From contig DATNLT010000049.1 in NCBI GenBank assembly GCA_035602725.1, forward strand, positions 2,524 to 66,523: 64,000 nt of DNA. The letters are read 5' to 3'. This DNA is from Candidatus Acidiferrales bacterium. Lineage in GTDB: Bacteria; Acidobacteriota; Terriglobia; Acidiferrales; UBA7541. Within the stretch, counting starts at the first letter, position 1, and the number at the start of each line of letters is the position of its first letter. The notes beneath the pieces are model-generated. The model was not told the DNA's origin. It did not search any database and was given only the letters and a program-made list of their open reading frames with translations. This document shows positions 27,021 through 35,703 of this stretch, one piece after another. A program made the position numbers and the translations under genes.

Positions 27021-28778
27021 GTGAACCGATCAGGAATATATACGTTTAGCGCGGCCATGCTGCTCTTGATGAGCGCGGCAGCGGCTCCGGCGCGGACGCC
27101 GCAGCCGAGCGGACCGCAGCAAGAGGTAAAACACACGTTTGATAAGACGGTGCCACTGCCCTCCGGGCAATCTCTTCGCATCGAACATCGCCTCGGCAGC
27201 ATTACGGTGCGGACACATTCATCGAGCGATGTGCATGTGAGTGCGAACATTCGCGTGGCCGCTTCGTCGCAGGAGGATGCCGAGAGCTTCGCGAACCAGG
27301 TCCAGATTCGCCTGGAGTCTTCTACGGCGGGTGTTCTGGTACGCACCGAGTATCCGGAGCAGAACAATTCGTTCTGGAACCGGCGGAACATCTCCTTTTC
27401 AGTCGACTATGAAATTGAAATGCCGGAAAGCGCGCCGCTGACTGTGCGTAACAGTTTCGGCAGCGTCACCGTATTCGGCCTGAAGGCTGCGACGGATATA
27501 GATAACAAGCAAGGAACCGTAACCGTGCATGACGGCGCGGGGAATCAACTTCTGCGCGATTCGTTTGGCGGGATCGAGTTAGCCAACAATGACGGCAACG
27601 CAGACGTCGGCACGAACAACGGCTCGGTGCAAGTCTCGCAGATTCGCGGATCACTCACGGTGAATGACCGGTTTGGCAGCGTGAACGCGAGCGGAATTAC
27701 CCGCACCGCTTCGATCACCAACAGCAATGGTACCGTGGAACTGCACCAAGCCATGGGGCCTTCGAGCATCAACAATTCGTTCGGCTCGGTGACGGTTTCC
27801 GATATCACGGGCGACCTTACAGTGCGCAATGCCAACGGCGCTGTGGATGTTCGCAACGTCAGCGGCGCGGCGGATTTGCAGACGTCATTTGCGTCACTTT
27901 CCTTTTCAAGCGTTCACGGAAAGTTGACCTGCCGATCGTCAAATGGCAGCGTTTCCGGAAGCGGCGCGGGTGAGGGCGGCTCCATTCACACGAGCTTTGC
28001 CAGTGTGGACGTGCACGACATCGGCGGACCGCTGGATATCGAGGACAACAACGGCAAAGTGTCGGCGCGCGATATTCGCGGTCCGCTGCAAGTACGTAGT
28101 TCGTTTGGCGGAGTGGAAGCCTCTGGAATTCACGGCGATCTCAACATCAACGCCACCAATTCCCCGATGGAAATCTCGCAAATCGAGGGGGCGGTGCAGG
28201 CGGAAGGTTCCTTTGGCAAAGTGGAAATTTCGGGCGTACGTCGCGGCGTGCGTGTCGTCACCGGCAACGCCGGGGTTGCCGTACTGGATGCCGGCGGGGA
28301 AACCTACATTAAGACTACATTTGGGCTGGTTCGCGCCGAACGCATCAATGGCTCGCTGTCCGTGGAGGATTCGAACGGCAGTGTGAAGGCCGTGACCGTC
28401 CACGGCGCCGCGAGCATTCGAACTTCCTTTGGGTCGGTCAATTTGAGTGCTGTGGACGGCCGCGTAGACGTAGACGACCAGAACGGATCGGTGGATGTCT
28501 CGGGCGTGCAGGCAAAAAATGGCTCCGGGGCGTGCAACGCGATTAACCTGCGCTCTTCATTCGCGCCCGTTCGCGTTGCGCTTCCGGATGGCGCAGGCTA
28601 TGACTTAAGGTCGCACACCTCGTTCGGCAAGGTGTCGAGTGATGTGGACGTAACCGCCTCCGGCGTCCTGGGTGGAGATTCGCTCAGCGGCCGAATTGGC
28701 GGGGGTGGCTGTCCCTTGCAACTCACCAACAGCAACGGCAACATCGAAATTTTAAAGGCCTCCAGCAGACGATTGTAG
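27021..28778 (+). CDS. DUF4097-like beta-helical repeat protein (putative adhesin/sensor partner of the sigma/anti-sigma pair)
   Basis: GTG at 27021 lies 1 nt after the anti-sigma stop, followed by a signal peptide. At least 12 [ST]F[GA]x[VIL] repeat units recur through the protein (SFGSVTV, SFGGIEL, RFGSVNA, SFASLSF, SFASVDV, SFGGVEA, SFGKVEI, TFGLVRA, SFGSVNL, SFAPVRV, SFGKVSS). Consecutive motifs are mostly about 38 residues apart, with a few about 54. Confidence 0.7.
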   Translation: MNRSGIYTFSAAMLLLMSAAAAPARTPQPSGPQQEVKHTFDKTVPLPSGQSLRIEHRLGSITVRTHSSSDVHVSANIRVAASSQEDAESFANQVQIRLESSTAGVLVRTEYPEQNNSFWNRRNISFSVDYEIEMPESAPLTVRNSFGSVTVFGLKAATDIDNKQGTVTVHDGAGNQLLRDSFGGIELANNDGNADVGTNNGSVQVSQIRGSLTVNDRFGSVNASGITRTASITNSNGTVELHQAMGPSSINNSFGSVTVSDITGDLTVRNANGAVDVRNVSGAADLQTSFASLSFSSVHGKLTCRSSNGSVSGSGAGEGGSIHTSFASVDVHDIGGPLDIEDNNGKVSARDIRGPLQVRSSFGGVEASGIHGDLNINATNSPMEISQIEGAVQAEGSFGKVEISGVRRGVRVVTGNAGVAVLDAGGETYIKTTFGLVRAERINGSLSVEDSNGSVKAVTVHGAASIRTSFGSVNLSAVDGRVDVDDQNGSVDVSGVQAKNGSGACNAINLRSSFAPVRVALPDGAGYDLRSHTSFGKVSSDVDVTASGVLGGDSLSGRIGGGGCPLQLTNSNGNIEILKASSRRL

Positions 28779-28808
28779 CGCCACAGTAAAAGCCCAGAGC
28801 GGCCGGAA

Positions 28809-29369
28809 TCACGCATTCGATCTGGCGCGGGCGAGCGTAAAGGCTGTCCGCACGACACGAGTTGCCGTGGGAGTTAGGCAAAAACGTTCCAGTTCCTCTT
28901 CGGTGGCGAAGGCCACATCCGTAACATCACCCCCTGCATGAGGCTCCCCATCGAGCGCCTCGCAGAGATAATCCAGAATCACGAAGTGGTAGAGAGGTCC
29001 CTGGTGGAGGGCGTTAACGGGCTCGGTTTGGGCAGGGACCACAGCCGGGACTTCCACAGCCGGTTGGCCAAAATGAGTTCCCGCCCGCGCGATGGAGGTT
29101 TCGGAAACCTCGGGCGGAGGAGCGGGGAAGATTCGCTCAAACACTTCAATTAGCTCTATGACTCTGACTTCGAGGCCGGTTTCTTCCAGCAACTCTCGTT
29201 TCACGCCCTCCGCGATCGTTTCGCCGAGCTCCAGCAACCCACCGGGGATGGACCATTCGCCTTTCAGGGGCTCGGTACCGCGGCGGATCAAAAGCGCCCG
29301 ATTTTTTCGAATAACGACGCCTCCAACCCCTACCATCGGCAATTCTGGGTATTGGCGCCTGCTCTTCAC
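28809..29369 (-). CDS. NUDIX hydrolase
   Basis: The Nudix box is GGLLELGETIAEGVKRELLEETGL. Confidence 0.85.
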   Translation of the reverse strand: MKSRRQYPELPMVGVGGVVIRKNRALLIRRGTEPLKGEWSIPGGLLELGETIAEGVKRELLEETGLEVRVIELIEVFERIFPAPPPEVSETSIARAGTHFGQPAVEVPAVVPAQTEPVNALHQGPLYHFVILDYLCEALDGEPHAGGDVTDVAFATEEELERFCLTPTATRVVRTAFTLARARSNA

Positions 29370-29479
29370 CCTAGTGTGCCCCCGGATTGAAAGCGTAACG
29401 ACTGTTTTCCTTTTGCCGTGAGAGTGCGTTATATAATACTGCGAATCGCGGTAGTTCGATTCCCGAAGGAGGCAGCAAC

Positions 29480-29743
29480 GTGGTTCGGTGTCCTGAATGC
29501 GGTACCGAAATTGATGCGGATGAAGAGGAAGTCGAGGAAGGCGAGATTTTGACCTGCCCCGAGTGCGAGGCAGAGCTTGAGGTCATACAGACCCATCCGG
29601 TCAAACTCAACGTCATCTCGGAAGGTGATGACGATGATGAAGATGACGAGGAAGAGGATGGGGATGATGAAGACAAAGATGACGAAGAAGGGGACGAAGG
29701 TGAGCTAGACCACGGCGAAGACGAAGAGGAAGATTACGAATAG
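29480..29743 (+). CDS. LysW-like zinc-ribbon protein with extended poly-acidic C-terminal tail
   Basis: AAGGAGG at 29466-29472 lies 7 nt before GTG 29480. VRCPECGTEIDADEEEVEEGEILTCPECEAELEV matches the LysW / amino-group-carrier zinc ribbon. 31 of the last 40 residues are D or E, ending ...EEEDYE. Confidence 0.7.
   Translation: MVRCPECGTEIDADEEEVEEGEILTCPECEAELEVIQTHPVKLNVISEGDDDDEDDEEEDGDDEDKDDEEGDEGELDHGEDEEEDYE
29621..29740 (+). repeat. low-complexity GAT/GAA/GAC/GAG tract encoding the acidic tail
   Basis: A run of Asp/Glu codons. The antisense frame gives the poly-Ser artefact ORF 29371..29676. Confidence 0.9.
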
Positions 29744-29747
29744 GATC

Positions 29748-30194
29748 GTGACAGCCTTCGCGACGGGCGGGGTGTTTCTTCGTGACACCTTCAGCGATAG
29801 CGCCGGCTGGCGGCCGCGGGAATGGAGAGCGGCTTTAACCGTGATGGCGCTAATCGGTCTGCAGTTTTTTACTGTCGGCGTGATCTCCACGACGCACGCA
29901 CAACAGAAACCGAGCTATACAGATTGCATCCTTTACGGGAATGTCTTCACGGCAGACGGACACTTGTTCACGGGGGCAGACGTGCATGTTCGCCGCGCCA
30001 CTGACAAAAAGCCAAAGTGGGAGGCGACTTCGGATCGGCGCGGGGAGTTCGCGATTCGGGTGCCTCCCGGTTCCGATTACGTGATCGAGATAAAAGCGAA
30101 AGGCTTTGTCACACAACAGCAAACCGTGACGGCGCAAACCGGCCGGCAGGACCTCGTATTTCACATGGCGGAAGAACCGGGCAAACGGAAATGA
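29748..30194 (+). CDS. CarboxypepD_reg-like (Ig-like beta-sandwich) domain protein with N-terminal hydrophobic segment
   Basis: GTG lies 4 nt after the upstream stop. AALTVMALIGLQFFTVGVISTTHAQQ is a signal or anchor. GNVFTADGHLFTGADVHV...SDRRGEFAIRVPPGSDYVIEIKAKGF is the carboxypeptidase-regulatory-like pattern. Confidence 0.55.
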   Translation: MTAFATGGVFLRDTFSDSAGWRPREWRAALTVMALIGLQFFTVGVISTTHAQQKPSYTDCILYGNVFTADGHLFTGADVHVRRATDKKPKWEATSDRRGEFAIRVPPGSDYVIEIKAKGFVTQQQTVTAQTGRQDLVFHMAEEPGKRK

Positions 30195-30547
30195 AGCGCA
30201 CATTGCTCGTACTGGCGGCGCTGGTTGTACTGTTTGGGCTTGCGCATGGCGTTTGTGGCCAAGTGACGGACGCGCGCACCGTGCATGGCCAGGTCGTAGA
30301 TCAGCAAGGGAATCAAATCAAGGGTGGCGTAGTCTATTTGAAGAGTCTGGCCACACAAATTGTGCGCAGCTACATCAGCGACGATGAAGGGCAATATCGG
30401 TTTAGCGGGCTCGATCCCAATGCAGACTACGAGATTCACGCAGAAACGGCCGACCAGACCTCGGCAACGCGCAAGATTTCGCGTTACGACGACCGCAAAG
30501 ATGTCGTTTTGATCCTACGAGTCGACAAGAAGAAGGGCGATAAGTAG
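30191..30547 (+). CDS. CarboxypepD_reg-like domain secreted protein
   Basis: ATG 30191 overlaps the upstream stop (ATGA). The signal peptide is MKRTLLVLAALVVLFGLAHGVCG. The domain pattern is HGQVVDQQGNQIKGGVVYL...SDDEGQYRFSGLDPNADYEIHAE. Confidence 0.6.
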   Translation: MKRTLLVLAALVVLFGLAHGVCGQVTDARTVHGQVVDQQGNQIKGGVVYLKSLATQIVRSYISDDEGQYRFSGLDPNADYEIHAETADQTSATRKISRYDDRKDVVLILRVDKKKGDK

Positions 30548-30845
30548 CATTTACGCACCGGCTTTTTTCCAAGGTATTCACACGGCATATAATTCACCCA
30601 TGCGCGAATTGATTCTTGGTATGGGCATCGGCAACGCGATTTCGGGTTGATTGAAAACCAGGGCTGTGCCACAGGCGTGATCACCCTCAAATACCAGAGA
30701 TCGCGGAGGCGAGCATTGGGTTTTATTGAAGGGGAGCGCTCCCGGGCCGGCGAGCCTGGAATAACCGCCTAAACAGAAGCAAGCTCTTGGAAACGCTGCG
30801 TTTATCAATTAGCGAAGGCCGGCAGAGAGTCGGCAGCGTCTTTCA

Positions 30846-30875
30846 TTGACCCCTGGGCTAACCGCGTAGGATAAT
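30846..30875 (+). promoter_or_regulatory. sigma70-like promoter candidate (TTGACC-18 nt-GATAAT) just upstream of the TPR gene
   Basis: TTGACC at 30846-30851 and GATAAT at 30870-30875. ATG 30888 is only 12 nt after the -10, which would give a very short leader. Confidence 0.3.
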
Positions 30876-30887
30876 TATTAAAGAGCT

Positions 30888-32993
30888 ATGAAATTCCCTC
30901 GTGTCAGCGTATTGGCGCCGGTGCTTGTGATGGTGGTGGCTCTTGGCGTTCTGCAACACCCGGCGGCGGCGCAGGATGCGGCTGCGCCTTCAAGTGCTTC
31001 CGACGCCTCCGGTTATTCGCAGCCCGACGCTGCAAAACGAGCGGAAGCCTACTACAACTACACCATGGGCCATTTGAACGAGGTCTACTATCTCGGCACG
31101 AGCCGCAGCGAATTTGCGAACGCCGCCATTGAGTTCTACAAGAAGGCTTACGAGCTTGATCCTAGTTCGCAACTGATCGCGGAGCATCTGGCCGAGATGT
31201 ATTACCAGGCGCAGCGAACCCGGGACGCCGTGTTGGAAGCGCAGGGAATCCTCCAAAAAGACCCCAATAATTTGCCGGCGCGGAGGCTGCTGGTACGAAT
31301 CTATCTGCGCACGCTGGGAGATTTAAGCGGCGCGTCGGCGCAGAAAGAGACGGCCACACGCGCGATCGAGCAATTAGAGGCGATTCGCCGTCTCGATCCA
31401 AGCGACAAGGATTCCGCAATCTGGCTGGCTCGTCTCTATCGGGTGCGCGGTGACAACCAAAAGGCTGCGGATGTGCTCAGCGGAATTCTGGCCCAGAATC
31501 CCACGGATCCTGCGGCGGTGGAGCAATTAGCACAGCTCGATTTGGACCAAGGGCGCGGCGAGGACGCCATCAAACTGCTCGAGGACGCCACGAAATCCGA
31601 TCCCAAAGCGGGTTTGCTCGATCTTTTGGGCGATGCGTATTCGCAACTTCATCAGCCGGTGAAGGCTGAAGCGGTCTACCGGCAAGCGATCGGAATTGAG
31701 CCTGATGAACCCAGCCATCATCGCGGTCTAGCGCAAGTGCTGATGGCGGAAGAAAAACTGCCGCAGGCGCTGGAGCAGTACAGGGGTCTTTCGGCATTGG
31801 ACCCCGACGATCCCGATAACTATCTGCGTATTGCGGAAATTGACCGCCAGTTGCACAAACTGGACGATGCCGAGCAGGCCATCGCGCAGGCGAAGGAACG
31901 CGCCCCTGGCAACCTGGAAGTCACTTACAGCGAGGCCATGATTTACGAAGCCCAAGGCCGCTATGACGACGCAATCCGTTTGCTATCAAGTGCGGTAACC
32001 TCCGTTAAATCCGGGACGGAACCTGCGCCATCGAACCGCCGCACACTGGCGATTCTCTACGAACAGCTCGGGCGCGTGTATCGGGAAGCCGGGAATAACG
32101 CCGCCGCTCTGAATACTTTCGCCGATCTGGCCACGCTCGGCGACGAAGAAGAACAGCGCGCGGATGTGATGATCATCGATACATATCGCGCGGATCGTGA
32201 TCTGCCGCACGCGCTCGAAGCCGCGGATAAGGCCATTGCAAAGTTTCCGCAGGATCACGACCTGCGCATCACGCGGGCACTGTTGCTGGGGGACAAAGGG
32301 GATGCCGATGCCGCCGCGGCGCAGTTGCGGGAGATGCTGACGCACACGCCGCAGGACTTGGAAATCGATCTCGATCTATCCCAAGTCTTCGAACAAAGCC
32401 ATCGCTATACGGACGCGGAAAGCGTTCTGGCGCAAGCGGGGCAAGTGGCTACGCGCGGCTCCGATAAGGAAATGGTCGATTTCATGCTTGGCGGGCTTTT
32501 CGAACGCGAAAAGAAGTACGATCAGGCCGAGAGTGAATTCAAACAAGTGCTGGCGCTGAATCCGCGCAATGCCGCGACGCTCAACTATTACGGCTACATG
32601 CTGGCGGATCGGGGAGTGCGATTAGGCGAAGCGACGGAGTTGGTGAAGCGCGCTCTGGCAGAAGATCCGCAAAACGGCGCTTATCTAGATAGCCTTGGCT
32701 GGGCCTATTACAAACAGGAGCGGCTGCCGGAGGCTGAAGAGGCGCTACGAAAGGCCGCCGAACGCGAGCGCGACGATCCCACGATCCTCGAACATCTGGG
32801 GGATGTCTACTTTAAGAGCGGAAAGGTCGATTTGGCTGTCACCCAGTGGCAGCGGGCGCTCGAGCAATGGCGCCACGTGCTGCCGGCCGAAAATGATCCG
32901 GAAAAAGTAGCCGCCCTGGAAGCAAAGCTTTCCACGGCAAAGCGGCACGTGGCGGAAGCGAAGAAAACAAACGGCCCCTCCGCCCTCCGTTAG
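30888..32993 (+). CDS. secreted tetratricopeptide (TPR) repeat protein
   Basis: The protein is 701 aa with a signal peptide (VLAPVLVMVVALGVLQHPAAAQ). It has many 34-residue A/Y/L-patterned repeats (e.g. AIEFYKKAYELDP, AEAVYRQAIGIEP, ALEQYRGLSALDP, SEFKQVLALNPRNA). Confidence 0.85.
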   Translation: MKFPRVSVLAPVLVMVVALGVLQHPAAAQDAAAPSSASDASGYSQPDAAKRAEAYYNYTMGHLNEVYYLGTSRSEFANAAIEFYKKAYELDPSSQLIAEHLAEMYYQAQRTRDAVLEAQGILQKDPNNLPARRLLVRIYLRTLGDLSGASAQKETATRAIEQLEAIRRLDPSDKDSAIWLARLYRVRGDNQKAADVLSGILAQNPTDPAAVEQLAQLDLDQGRGEDAIKLLEDATKSDPKAGLLDLLGDAYSQLHQPVKAEAVYRQAIGIEPDEPSHHRGLAQVLMAEEKLPQALEQYRGLSALDPDDPDNYLRIAEIDRQLHKLDDAEQAIAQAKERAPGNLEVTYSEAMIYEAQGRYDDAIRLLSSAVTSVKSGTEPAPSNRRTLAILYEQLGRVYREAGNNAAALNTFADLATLGDEEEQRADVMIIDTYRADRDLPHALEAADKAIAKFPQDHDLRITRALLLGDKGDADAAAAQLREMLTHTPQDLEIDLDLSQVFEQSHRYTDAESVLAQAGQVATRGSDKEMVDFMLGGLFEREKKYDQAESEFKQVLALNPRNAATLNYYGYMLADRGVRLGEATELVKRALAEDPQNGAYLDSLGWAYYKQERLPEAEEALRKAAERERDDPTILEHLGDVYFKSGKVDLAVTQWQRALEQWRHVLPAENDPEKVAALEAKLSTAKRHVAEAKKTNGPSALR

Positions 32994-33003
32994 CAAGCCT
33001 GCG

Positions 33004-33933
33004 ATGCCCAGCGCCAGTTTCCCCGCTTTCGCGAAAATTAATCTGCGCCTACATGTGCTCGGTGCACGTCCCGATGGGTATCACGAACTACGCACGGTTT
33101 TTCAGGCAATCTCACTACGCGATACGCTGGAGCTGGAAATCCAGCGCACTCCCCGCATCGACCTGATAATTCAAGGTGATCGGACATTAGCGGCGGAAGG
33201 TGCGAGCAATAATCTGGTCTATCGCGCTTTAGCCGCGGCGCGAAAGGAATTGCAGCTTCGGCACGGTGTGCGCGCAACCCTCACAAAGCGCATTCCGGTG
33301 GGCCGCGGTCTCGGCGGAGGATCAAGCGATGCGGCAACGGCCCTCACCGGCCTTGCGCATTTGGCCAAGAAAAATATTGCACCGCATCGGTTGATTGAGA
33401 TCGGATCGAGCCTCGGTGCGGACGTGCCCTTTTTTCTGTTCGGCGGACGAGCCCTGGGGATTGGCCGCGGGGATGAGATTTATCCTCTGCCAGACGGCGT
33501 GCGCCAAACTGTGCTGGTGGTTTCGCCGCGCGACATCGCCGTGCGCACGGCCGATGCCTACGGCTGGCTGCGCTCCGGATTGACAAAGTCCGGCGCCGCT
33601 TCTACACTATCTTCTTTCTGCGCCCTTTGCTGGAGCTCGCAGGAAAGCGGCACCTGGAATGATTTTGAGGCTGCCGTTTTCCCGCGCCATTCACGCCTGA
33701 GAAATATCAAGCGGAATCTGCTCCGAGCCGGGGCCGCGGAAGCCTCGCTGGCGGGTAGCGGTTCGGCGGTGTTCGCACTGTTCCGAAGCCCAGCGCAGGC
33801 GCGCCGAGCCGCCCAAGCGTTTCCGAGCGACCAGACGTTTATCTGCTCGACTTTGTCCCGGGGAGAATATTGCCGTGCCCAGTGTGGCCGGGGAAGCGCG
33901 GGAACTCGTTCCCGTAGCCGACGACAAATTTAA
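33004..33933 (+). CDS. ispE: 4-(cytidine 5'-diphospho)-2-C-methyl-D-erythritol kinase
   Basis: FAKINLRLHVLGARPDGYHEL, and the GHMP kinase motif IPVGRGLGGGSSDAATAL. The 3' tail overlaps the prs start region. Confidence 0.88.
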   Translation: MPSASFPAFAKINLRLHVLGARPDGYHELRTVFQAISLRDTLELEIQRTPRIDLIIQGDRTLAAEGASNNLVYRALAAARKELQLRHGVRATLTKRIPVGRGLGGGSSDAATALTGLAHLAKKNIAPHRLIEIGSSLGADVPFFLFGGRALGIGRGDEIYPLPDGVRQTVLVVSPRDIAVRTADAYGWLRSGLTKSGAASTLSSFCALCWSSQESGTWNDFEAAVFPRHSRLRNIKRNLLRAGAAEASLAGSGSAVFALFRSPAQARRAAQAFPSDQTFICSTLSRGEYCRAQCGRGSAGTRSRSRRQI

Positions 33934-34858
33934 GATCTTCTCGGGGACCGCGAACTCTCCCTTAGCGGAAGAGATCTGCGGCTATTTAGGCGTGCAGCGC
34001 GGGCGTACCGTTTTGGGGAAGTTCAGCGACGGCGAAATCTATTTTCAGATTCTAGAAAACGTGCGCGGCGCAGATGTTTTCGTGGTGCAGCCTTGCTCGC
34101 AGCCGGCAGATTTTCATTTGATGGAACTGCTGCTGATGATCGACGCGTTCAAGCGCGCATCGGCTTGGCGGATCACGGCGGTGGTTCCGTATTACTGCTA
34201 CGCGCGGCAGGATCGGAAGGATAAGCCGCGGGTGCCGATCTCAGCGAAGCTTGTGGCGGATTTGTTGGAAACGGCCGGGGCGAGCCGGGCGCTGTTGCTA
34301 GACTTGCACGCCCCGCAGATTCAGGGCTATTTCAACGTGCCGGTCGATCACGTTTACGCTTCCCCGGTGATGGTGGAGCATTTCCGGCAGTTGGACATGC
34401 CAAAGCTGACGGTGGTCTCTCCGGATGCCGGCGGCGTCGAACGCGCTCGGGCCTTTGCCAAGAAATTGGGCGCACCGCTGGCCATCGTGGATAAACGCCG
34501 TGTGGATATGAACGTGGCGGAAGTGATGCACCTGATCGGCGACGTGCGCGGCAGGACGGCGCTGATCGTAGACGATATTATCGACACCGCCGGAACGCTC
34601 GTGAAAACAGCGGAGGCATTGCTCGCCGAAGGCGCGACCGGCGTATATGCCGCCGCTACGCATGCCGTACTTTCCGGGCCGGCGGTCGACCGAATCTCGC
34701 AATCGGCGATCAAGGAAGTGGTGGTGACGAATTCGGTGCCGTTGTGCGAGGCGGGACAAAAAATCGGCAAGATTCGCGTGCTCAGCGTGGCAGCATTGTT
34801 AGCTCGCGGCATTCGTTCGATTCACGAAGAAACGTCGATCAGCGAGCTATTTATATAA
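33875..34858 (+). CDS. prs: ribose-phosphate pyrophosphokinase
   Basis: Motifs KIFSGTANSPLAEEI, YARQDRK, and the PRPP motif ALIVDDIIDTAGTL. The GTG start at 33875 is uncertain by a few codons. Confidence 0.92.
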   Translation: MPSVAGEARELVPVADDKFKIFSGTANSPLAEEICGYLGVQRGRTVLGKFSDGEIYFQILENVRGADVFVVQPCSQPADFHLMELLLMIDAFKRASAWRITAVVPYYCYARQDRKDKPRVPISAKLVADLLETAGASRALLLDLHAPQIQGYFNVPVDHVYASPVMVEHFRQLDMPKLTVVSPDAGGVERARAFAKKLGAPLAIVDKRRVDMNVAEVMHLIGDVRGRTALIVDDIIDTAGTLVKTAEALLAEGATGVYAAATHAVLSGPAVDRISQSAIKEVVVTNSVPLCEAGQKIGKIRVLSVAALLARGIRSIHEETSISELFI

Positions 34859-34932
34859 GGATGTTTTTGTGGCGCGGTGCAAGCGCCCGGCGGTTCAAGA
34901 GATTTAAGCGAAGTTATCGTAAGGAAGGACGT

Positions 34933-35670
34933 ATGGCGAATATCACGATCGAAGCAACGCATCGCGAGGACCGCGGCAAGAATAATGCCAGGCGTTTGCG
35001 GACCACAGGGCAAGTCCCGGGCGTTATTTATGGCGGGAAGGGCGGCGCCGAGGCCGTATCCGTCAATGCCAAGCAGGTGGCCAGCATTTTGCGGTCGCAG
35101 GCAGGGCACAACACGATCTTCCGATTGAAGCTTCCGGGCGGCGAATCGAACGCCATGCTCAAGGACTGGCAGGTCGATCCATTGCGCGGCGTCTTGCTGC
35201 ACGTGGACATGATGCGCGTCGCAATGGACGTAAAGATGCGCGTAAAGATTCCCGTGCACACATTTGGCGAACCGCAAGGCGTGAAATTGCAGGGCGGCAT
35301 TTTTGAAATGGTCACGCGTGAGATTGAAATCGAATGCTTGCCGGGTGAGATTCCAGAGGAATTTCGTGTCGATATAACCGACATGATGATCGGCAAGCAG
35401 CTACGCGCCGGCGATATTCCGCTCGATCCCGCAAAAGCCACACTGGTAACCGATCCAGTGCGCGTGATCGCTCACGTGGTTGCGCTCCGCGAAGAGGAAG
35501 AAAAGCCCGCGGAGGCGGCCGCAGTCGAAGGCGCGCCGGCCGAGCCCGAGGTCATCAAGAAGGGCAAGAAGGAAGCCGAAGAAGGCGAAGAAGCCGCGGA
35601 AGGCAAGCCCGAGGCAAAGGGCAAGCCCGAACCCAAGGGCAAGCCCGAACCCAAGGCCAAAGAAAAATAG
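34933..35670 (+). CDS. rplY: 50S ribosomal protein L25 / general stress protein Ctc (long form with K/E/P-rich tail)
   Basis: ORF 34744..35670, trimmed to ATG 34933. The sequence reads MANITIEATHREDRGKNNARRLRTTGQVPGVIYGG ... LLHVDMMRV. It occupies the ctc position between prs and pth. Confidence 0.9.
   Translation: MANITIEATHREDRGKNNARRLRTTGQVPGVIYGGKGGAEAVSVNAKQVASILRSQAGHNTIFRLKLPGGESNAMLKDWQVDPLRGVLLHVDMMRVAMDVKMRVKIPVHTFGEPQGVKLQGGIFEMVTREIEIECLPGEIPEEFRVDITDMMIGKQLRAGDIPLDPAKATLVTDPVRVIAHVVALREEEEKPAEAAAVEGAPAEPEVIKKGKKEAEEGEEAAEGKPEAKGKPEPKGKPEPKAKEK
35602..35655 (+). repeat. 3 x 18-nt tandem repeat (GGCAAGCCCGA(G/A)(G/C)C(A/C)AAG) encoding GKPE(A/P)K x3
   Basis: The units at 35602-35619, 35620-37 and 35638-55 were read directly. 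The last two units are identical. Confidence 0.9.
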
Positions 35671-35703
35671 CCGCGACGCGCAGGTGGGCAAACGGCCGGG
35701 CAC

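Noticed and set aside
29450-29464. A tRNA T-loop-like string, GGTAGTTCGATTCCC, upstream of the LysW-like gene.
   Set aside because: The flanking bases cannot form the 5-bp T-stem (GGTAG versus CCCGA). No acceptor, D or anticodon arms can be drawn. The string also overlaps the SD region of the next gene. I found no tRNA genes elsewhere in the window.
29371-29676. A minus-strand ORF encoding a poly-Ser tract (SSSSPSSSSSSSSSSSP).
   Set aside because: It is the reverse complement of the GAx-rich acidic tail of the LysW-like gene. That gene has a strong SD and a recognisable zinc ribbon.
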